Under the pieces are notes generated by a model. The model had not been told where the DNA came from and did no database searches. It saw only the letters and a program-made list of their open reading frames with translations. From Deltaproteobacteria bacterium (GTDB taxonomy: Bacteria > Desulfobacterota > Desulfobacteria > Desulfobacterales > JAFDMD01), in assembly GCA_019306065.1 (NCBI GenBank), contig JAFDMF010000006.1:23519-87518 (forward strand): a DNA stretch of 64,000 nucleotides, in the 5' to 3' direction. A program made the position numbers and the translations under genes. This document shows positions 57,403 to 64,000 of this stretch, piece after piece; position 1 is the stretch's first letter, and every line of letters begins with the position of its first letter.

Positions 57403-58773
57403 TTAATATTTATGCTTTTCTTGTGAAATATGTTTAATATTAAAATCTATATCATAACCTTTATCTATAAACCAAGTATCCTTATGAATCTCAATCTGTT
57501 TTGTTCCAAAAGTATATATATAGTTTTTACCTGATGTGATATTTTTTTTCAGATTATTCTTCAACTTATGATTTATATCAGTTCCTAAAGCCAACAAACT
57601 TAATTTATTCACCAATTCAAAAAATCTACTACAACTCTCCTTTTCATTATTAAGATCATTAACAGTCATTACTATCTGTAACGTTTTAGCTACATTAGAA
57701 TCACCTGCCACATAATATACAATATCATTTTGGTTAATACCGTCGCCAATTCTTATATAATTTGAGCAAGCAAACCACTCATCATTATATTATTTTTTAT
57801 AATATCCGGTTGTTATACCTTCTTCACGTAAAAAATTTTTAGCTTTAAAAGGGCGCCATCATTCTGATGGGTCAATTTTAGGCGGATTCTTCTCAATCTT
57901 TAAACGTTGTTTTAACTCTTTTATTGATTTATCAATATCAGCCTTACATTTAATATCTTCCATTGATAAATCCGAAGCCCATCTTTTTAAAGCTTTAGCG
58001 TCAAATCTAAAAGAGACAATCATTTTATATTTAGCGTAATTCTTAAAATTCTTTGTCTTTCTTAATATGTTGGACATAAAAAAAATATTTTCATACTTCA
58101 GAAAGGTTGATAAAAAATAAAAATATGGAAGTATTAATATTGATAATAATGTAGGAACTACAAAATCATAATATGTTTTATCTTTAATAAAGTCTCCGAA
58201 ATTCATAAAAAGTTTATAAAAAGTAAAACAAATTATAGCTAATCCCAAAATTCCGAAAATTTTATCAAGTAAATTTTTTAATATATCATATTCACTTTTT
58301 GAGCATCCTACTGCAACATGCCCACTTTTTAATCCGGCAACTGCCAATAAACCGCCAAGAAGCGCCATAAAAGGAACAAATATCATCTCGGCAATTAAGC
58401 TAAATGTATATACTGAAGTAATAAACTGAATTAAAACAATTAGTTTAAAATTATCTTTTAATGCGGTTTTAAAAAAATATGATTCGTCTTGAATTGTATT
58501 AACCCTAATCAATAAAGTGAAGGCATAGGAGAAAAACCAAAATATAACATTCTTAATTTGGTTGTTTTCCCACAAAGATATATAAATAAGGAAAAAAATA
58601 CATAATCAAATATAAAGCCATAGCGAGATAAATATAATGAGCATTTTGTTGTATAAACATGCTTTTATTAATCCCTTGCCTGCTTTTCGCACATCTTGTT
58701 TTGAAAATACCCAAATAAAAAATATTGCACCCCAAATCCCAATAGCAATTTCCCTATTGTTGAAAATATCCAA
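57403..58773 (-). pseudogene. Membrane protein pseudogene (frameshift(s) plus two nonsense codons)
   Basis: TTG start at 58773 (MDIFNNREIAIGIW) after GAGG; frame break(s) near 58620-58575; in-frame TGA 57861-57859 and TAA 57792-57790 link ORFs 57859-58575 and 57403-57711. Confidence 0.75.
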
Positions 58774-58868
58774 ATCGCCTCTTAATTTAACATTTTGTTA
58801 CTTATTCTATGGAATAGATTAAACGAATAACCAGTATTATTTTTTATCAAAAACCTTTTTCGTTCCGT

Positions 58869-59216
58869 TTATTCATTTTCAATAGACAAAACTTTTGATA
58901 ATCCGATTTTAATTTCCTCCGAAATTATATCCGAAACTACTCCTAACTTTTTTATAAATCTTTCTTGCGATACGGAACGAATTTGAAAACAGTCTGCCGA
59001 AGAGGTTTTATTCAAGCTGTTTTCTAAATTCGGCTCGATTTTTATCATCCAAGGGGCAATTTTATATTTATCTTTCCAATCCGTTATCGGAACAATAATT
59101 TTTAAAGGTAGTCTGCCTAATGAATTATCATTTACTATTACGGCAGGTCTGATTTTTTTAATCTCGGATCCGATTGTAGGATCAAGATTTATTAACCAAA
59201 TCTCGCCTTGTTTCAT
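58869..59216 (-). CDS. PemK/MazF-family toxin
   Basis: GEIWLINLDPTIGSEIKKIRPAVIV, VPIT, QIRSVSQERF; start moved to MKQGE. Confidence 0.93.
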   Translation of the reverse strand: MKQGEIWLINLDPTIGSEIKKIRPAVIVNDNSLGRLPLKIIVPITDWKDKYKIAPWMIKIEPNLENSLNKTSSADCFQIRSVSQERFIKKLGVVSDIISEEIKIGLSKVLSIENE

Positions 59217-59415
59217 AAAAATCCTCACAATCAAGCGCTGTAAAAGCAGTTAATCGGTTATCGTTTTTATAATCCGAATATAAAGCTTCAGCGGCTTTTT
59301 CCATCGGATTTGTATCTTTTTGTTTGCGTATCCAATAAATAGACTTTTTAATTACATACATTCTTTTTTGAAGCGGAAGGCCGCAAATCTCTTTTATTAT
59401 TTCGTTTGGTCTCAT
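59182..59415 (-). CDS. Putative antitoxin of the MazF toxin
   Basis: MEKAAEALYSDY..D..LTAFTALD.EDF pattern; AAGGA RBS; overlaps toxin start. Confidence 0.75.
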   Translation of the reverse strand: MRPNEIIKEICGLPLQKRMYVIKKSIYWIRKQKDTNPMEKAAEALYSDYKNDNRLTAFTALDCEDFYETRRDLVNKS

Positions 59416-59613
59416 TTTTATATCCTTAATATAATAATCCCATAAAAGCGGATAATTAAAACAAAATATGCTCAAAAATTTTTTATACGTCAATACTTTT
59501 TTATACGTTAGCCGCAAACTTTGTTTTATATTTTAAAAATACAGTGTTATCTATTCTTCTTTTATGATAAACGGTTAATTAAATGGATTACAATTTTTTT
59601 GGGATTATAAAAT

Positions 59614-60219
59614 ATGAATAACCAATTTAAAGTGCCGGCTTCGTCTGCGCGGACATACGAAACCATAAAAAAAAGCCGTTTTATAGCCACGGTTCAAAGA
59701 GCGTCATCCGTTGAAGAAGCAAAAAACTTTATAGAAAAAATAAAAAAAGAATTTCCGAATGCTACTCATAACTGCTGGGCTTATCAAGCCGGCGCGCCCG
59801 GAACATCTACTTTGGCAGGAAAAAGCGACGACGGCGAACCACATTCCACCGCAGGCAAACCAATGTTAAATATTTTAATAAATTCGCAAATAGGAGAAAT
59901 CGCAGCTGTTGTTACAAGATATTTCGGCGGAGTAAAACTCGGGACAGGCGGACTTATAAGGGCTTATTCCGGAGTTTTAAAAAAGGCGCTTGCGGATCTT
60001 AAAGTTAAAAAAAAAATTATAACCGTAGATATTATCTTTACTGTAAAATATAATGACATAACTTCCGTTAAACATATATTAGGGCTTTTTGAAGCCAAGA
60101 TTATCCAAGAGGTTTATAAAGAGAATGTTTTATTTAAAGTTGCGGCGCCTAAAGAGAAAGCCGAAGAATTTAAGACGAGCATAACCAATATGTTGAATTA
60201 TCAACCTGTTTTTAAATAA
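59614..60219 (+). CDS. yigZ: YigZ/IMPACT family protein
   Basis: KKSRFIA, ATHNCWAY, DDGEP..TAGKPML, RYFGGVKLGTGGLIRAY. Confidence 0.94.
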   Translation: MNNQFKVPASSARTYETIKKSRFIATVQRASSVEEAKNFIEKIKKEFPNATHNCWAYQAGAPGTSTLAGKSDDGEPHSTAGKPMLNILINSQIGEIAAVVTRYFGGVKLGTGGLIRAYSGVLKKALADLKVKKKIITVDIIFTVKYNDITSVKHILGLFEAKIIQEVYKENVLFKVAAPKEKAEEFKTSITNMLNYQPVFK

Positions 60220-60250
60220 CAATCCATAAGTTGATAAATTAAGAAACAGA

Positions 60251-60345
60251 GTTGCAACGTCTCTACAGATTTTTTCCCTCTGTTTATATTCGCTCCTAAT
60301 ATGTTCAAAGTTTTTTTGCGCGGCGGCTCTTATCGATGAGAACAA
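60251..60345. repeat. Mosaic of half A REP, inverted C fragment and E left arm
   Basis: gttgcaacgtctctac; ttccctctgtttata; atgttcaaagtttttttgcgcggcggctcttatcgatgag. Confidence 0.75.
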
Positions 60346-61677
60346 TCAGACTTCATCCTCGTCATTAGGCAAATTTTTAGAAGCTTTTGCCCCAAGCTGT
60401 TTTATCTTTTCAACATGAGTCATCAAATTCCCCTTCCCTGTTTTAAGCTTTGCCAAAGAATCCGCCCATGCCAAATTTGCTTTATCCATATAATCTCCCA
60501 CCTTTAAAAGCTGATCGTAAAAAAGAGCAAATTTATCATATAAAAGTCCGCCTCTTTTTGCTATTTCCATAGCGTTTTTATTCTGTTTTTCTCTTTTCCA
60601 TAAAGCCGCAATTGTTCTTAGCGCAAAAAGAGTTATTGCGGGAGACGTCAAAAATATATTTTTATCAAAAGCTTCGTCAAAAAGATTCGGCTCCTTTTGA
60701 AGCGCCGCTATCAAGGCGGAATCTATCGGTATAAAAAGCATAACAAAATCGGGAGAAGATATTTTATAAAGATCATCGTATCTTTTTTTGCTCAATTCGT
60801 TTATATGTCTTTTTATCGAATTTATATGCTCTTTTATATCCCGCTCTTTTACCTCTTCGTCCGAATTAGCGCAGTATCTTTCATAAGAAACAAGAGACAC
60901 TTTAGAATCTATAATAAGATGTTTTTTGTCCGGCAAATTTATTATTACGTCCGGATAAAACCTTTTTTTCTCCTCTCCGAAAAACATTTCCTTTATTATA
61001 TATTCACGCCCCTTTTCAAGCCCGGATCGTTCCAAAACCTTTTCCAATACAAGTTCGCCCCAGCTTCCCATCGCTTTGTTATCTCCTTTTAGGGCGTTTG
61101 TAAGATTCTTTGCTTCTTTAGACATTGTTAAATTAAGAGCCGTTAAATTTTTTATCTGCTCCCGCAGCTGAGCCCCTTCCATTATTTGGGCATCGTAATT
61201 CTTTTCTATTTTTTCTTTAAACTCTTTTATCTTAAGATTTAAAGGCTCAAGTATATCGCCTATATTACTTCGGTTTTGGCGTACAAATTTTTCCGATTTT
61301 ATTTCAAATATTTCATTTGCAAGATTTTCAAAGTCTGTTTTAAGTTTTTCTTTTATATTGGCAAATTCTTTTTTTTGCTCCTCCTCTTTTTTTCGGCTTA
61401 TATTATATCCCGTTTCGACTTTTGCCAGCTTTTCTTTCAGTCCCATTATATTGTTCAGATATTCGGCAACCTGTTTTTTCGCATCATTCAATTCCAGTTT
61501 AAGCCGAATATTTTCTTCTTCCGTCTTATTGGTTATAACCTTTGCGGTTTCGGCTTTTATTTTAAACTGTTCATTTTCCCTCATAAGCGCTTTTTTGTTT
61601 AAGCCGTTATAATATTCGCGCGCAATCCATAAGCCGAAAATTATAAATAACAAAACTATTATTAAAATCTGTTCCAT
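60346..61677 (-). CDS. rmuC: DNA recombination protein RmuC
   Basis: N-terminal TM, coiled coil, GSWGE, PDVII.LP, IDSK, DFVMLFIP. Confidence 0.93.
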   Translation of the reverse strand: MEQILIIVLLFIIFGLWIAREYYNGLNKKALMRENEQFKIKAETAKVITNKTEEENIRLKLELNDAKKQVAEYLNNIMGLKEKLAKVETGYNISRKKEEEQKKEFANIKEKLKTDFENLANEIFEIKSEKFVRQNRSNIGDILEPLNLKIKEFKEKIEKNYDAQIMEGAQLREQIKNLTALNLTMSKEAKNLTNALKGDNKAMGSWGELVLEKVLERSGLEKGREYIIKEMFFGEEKKRFYPDVIINLPDKKHLIIDSKVSLVSYERYCANSDEEVKERDIKEHINSIKRHINELSKKRYDDLYKISSPDFVMLFIPIDSALIAALQKEPNLFDEAFDKNIFLTSPAITLFALRTIAALWKREKQNKNAMEIAKRGGLLYDKFALFYDQLLKVGDYMDKANLAWADSLAKLKTGKGNLMTHVEKIKQLGAKASKNLPNDEDEV

Positions 61678-61953
61678 ATATTATCTCTCTTTTTTATCTC
61701 CCATTTATTTACAAAAAAATTATATGTTAAAATTTCTTTGCCTTGCTTTTTGCCTGCATTTTTGCTTTACGATTATTTTTTTAAAAATTCAATCGTTGTT
61801 ATTTTTTAAAAAAATACGGAGACAAAAAAAAAGCTTTTTTCCACTAGAAATCAATAAAGCGTTGACATAAACAGGCAATTATGGAAATTGTTTAAAATCG
61901 TTTTTTATGAATTAAAATCACTTTTTATCAGTTTTTTACAAACGGAGAAGCGT

Positions 61954-62952
61954 ATGAAATATAAAAAAACCCTTTTTATTCTGTTTTTATATGCCGCAAC
62001 AACCGCTATTTGCGCGTATTGGAACATTATATGCTTTTCCAAAACGCCAAAAGATATTTCGGATAAAACCGACAAAACTTTGCTTATTAAAAAAGGATTA
62101 TCTTTTAGCGACGCCGCAAAGCTGCTTTATAAAAACGGTTTCATTACAAATAGTTTTAAAATGAAGCTTTTTGCCAAATTAAAAGGCAAAGTTAATATTA
62201 AAGCCGGAGAATATGTTTTATCCGCGTCTATGCCCCCTATTCATATTTTGGAAATTTTGGAAAAAGGCAAGGTTAAGCTTTACAAATTTACAATACCGGA
62301 AGGGCTTAATATCAAAGAAATTGCAACAATTTTTGCAGATGAAAATTTTTGTTCGGAAGAAAAATTTATTGCAAAAGCTATGGATAAAAATTTTACAAAA
62401 AGCTTTAATATCAATGCCGATACTCTGGAGGGTTATATTTTCCCGGATACATATCTTTTTCCAAAAGGGCTTGCTTGCGAAGATCTGATTTCTGTTATAA
62501 TAAAACATTTTTTTAAGGTTTTTAAAAAAGATTGGAAAAAAAGAGCGGAACAACTCGGTTTTACAACACATCAGGTTGTAACATTAGCCTCTATGATCGA
62601 AAAAGAAACAATGGAACCAAAAGAAAGGGCTTTGGTATCTTCGACGTTTCATAACAGGCTTAAAATAAACATGAAACTTCAATCCGATCCTACGGCTATT
62701 TACGGCGTTGAAAATTTTAAAGGATATATTAAAAAAAAGGATCTTAAAAAAGATACCCCTTATAATACATACAAAATAAAAGGACTACCTCCGGGACCTA
62801 TAGCAAATCCAGGCAAAGCGGCAATTTATGCGGCGCTTTTTCCTGCGGATACAAAATTTTATTTTTTTGTTTCAAAAAACAACGGAACACATAAATTTTC
62901 AAAAACCTTTGAAGAACACGCTTTTGCGGTAAGAAAATTTAAATTAAGATAA
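61954..62952 (+). CDS. mltG: Endolytic transglycosylase
   Basis: TIPEG, LEGYIFPDTY, ASMIEKET, LQSDPT, YNTY..GLPPGPIANPG; start moved to MKYKK. Confidence 0.94.
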   Translation: MKYKKTLFILFLYAATTAICAYWNIICFSKTPKDISDKTDKTLLIKKGLSFSDAAKLLYKNGFITNSFKMKLFAKLKGKVNIKAGEYVLSASMPPIHILEILEKGKVKLYKFTIPEGLNIKEIATIFADENFCSEEKFIAKAMDKNFTKSFNINADTLEGYIFPDTYLFPKGLACEDLISVIIKHFFKVFKKDWKKRAEQLGFTTHQVVTLASMIEKETMEPKERALVSSTFHNRLKINMKLQSDPTAIYGVENFKGYIKKKDLKKDTPYNTYKIKGLPPGPIANPGKAAIYAALFPADTKFYFFVSKNNGTHKFSKTFEEHAFAVRKFKLR

Positions 62953-62961
62953 GGAACTATA

Positions 62962-63966
62962 ATGAACTATTGCGATTTTACAAACGAACAGATTGCAGGA
63001 CAAATGATAATCGCCGGCTTTTACGGAACAAAGCCGGACGACGAACTAAAATTTTTAATTAATACAATTAAAGCCGGAGGAGTTATTCTTTTTTCCCGAA
63101 ATATAGAATCGCGCCACCAGCTTGAAGATTTGTGTTCTTCCATACAAAGATATGCAAAACAAGCGGGGCAGCCTCCTTTATTTATAGCAATCGACCAAGA
63201 AGGCGGAAAAGTTGCAAGATTAAAAGAACCTTTTACCATTTTTTCCGGCGCGCCTTATATAAAAACTCCGGAACAGGCAGAAAAATTTGCCGAAATAACG
63301 GGAGAAGAATTAAAACGAACGGGAATTAATATGAACATGGCGCCAGTTTTAGATATAGCGCCGGAAAATTTTGAAAACAGCGCGATGGCCGGCAGAATGT
63401 TTTGCGGTAATCCGGAACAAGCCGGAGAATTGGGAGCGGAAGTTATAAGAGGACTGCAAAAAAAAAATGTTATATCCGTAGCAAAACATTTTCCGGGAAT
63501 AGGACGCGCAACCGTAGATTCTCATTTTAAACTTCCCAACCTAATTCAAAACAGATTTGCTCTTGATTCTTTTGAACTAATACCCTTTAAAGCCGCCATA
63601 AACGTAAAAGCCGCCGGAATTATGACATCCCATGTTATCTATCCCAAAATAGACGCTCTTTGGCCTGCAGGCCTTTCCAGAAAAATTATAACAAATATTT
63701 TGAGAACGGAGCTGGGCTACGACGGGCTTGTAATAACAGACGATTTGGATATGGGCGCGATTGACAAATATTACGATCTTGATCTGGTAATAGACAGAAT
63801 TCTTACAGTGGAAACAGATATTGCTCTTATCTGTAAAAATACTGCAAATATAAAAAAAGCATTCGATCTTATATTAGATTTTATTAAATCTTCGCCCTTT
63901 AACAAAGCAAGATGCAAAAGATCGCTTCAGCGCATAATAAAAACAAAAACCAAGTATCTTGCGTAA
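62962..63966 (+). CDS. nagZ: Beta-N-acetylhexosaminidase (GH3)
   Basis: GGVILFSRN, DQEGG.V.R, KHFPGIG...DSH, TDDLDMGA. Confidence 0.94.
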   Translation: MNYCDFTNEQIAGQMIIAGFYGTKPDDELKFLINTIKAGGVILFSRNIESRHQLEDLCSSIQRYAKQAGQPPLFIAIDQEGGKVARLKEPFTIFSGAPYIKTPEQAEKFAEITGEELKRTGINMNMAPVLDIAPENFENSAMAGRMFCGNPEQAGELGAEVIRGLQKKNVISVAKHFPGIGRATVDSHFKLPNLIQNRFALDSFELIPFKAAINVKAAGIMTSHVIYPKIDALWPAGLSRKIITNILRTELGYDGLVITDDLDMGAIDKYYDLDLVIDRILTVETDIALICKNTANIKKAFDLILDFIKSSPFNKARCKRSLQRIIKTKTKYLA

Positions 63967-64000
63967 TTATTTTATATAGTTGCCAAATCAAACCCGTTTT

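Noticed and set aside
45108-57861. Stop-codon reassignment or readthrough explaining in-frame stops
   Set aside because: The stops are both TAA and TGA, occur only in accessory genes, mostly ones with other lesions, and housekeeping genes end normally.
15204-60266. 28-bp palindrome as a CRISPR repeat
   Set aside because: Copies are single and kilobases apart, with no regular spacers and no cas genes.
1-64000. tRNA, rRNA, known riboswitches, prophage, integrase or IS transposase
   Set aside because: No recognisable motifs found by eye; tRNAscan-SE, Rfam and ISEScan would be needed to exclude them formally.

Overview
AT-rich bacterial chromosome segment. Gene content and protein style suggest a sulfate-reducer-like Desulfobacterota; this is an inference, not a database result. 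The backbone is housekeeping: aapJ, comEA, aroE-aroA-aroK-ygiQ, nadK-lnt-ampG, an ntrY-like kinase, mqnB, a TRAP transporter, a macAB-tolC-type exporter, pgeF, maf, a PilB/GspE ATPase, namZ, nadB, yigZ, rmuC and mltG-nagZ. Small accessory modules sit between these genes. Three are putative defence pairs: ParB-ABC ATPase + TOPRIM-like pseudogene, DUF262 + HEPN, and PHP-ATPase + Schlafen/AlbA. Others are a Fic protein, several toxin-antitoxin modules (intact, or fragments the ORF track misses), a NYN RNase behind a two-hairpin UUCG leader, and a decayed radical-SAM cluster. Most intergenic regions are mosaics of at least six small repeat families. One ERIC/RPE-like family has terminal repeats that differ between copies but stay self-complementary, and one mini copy is inserted in frame (19 aa) inside shikimate kinase. 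I saw no rRNA, tRNA, CRISPR array, integrase or transposase. All calls are by eye from motifs; nothing was searched or computed.
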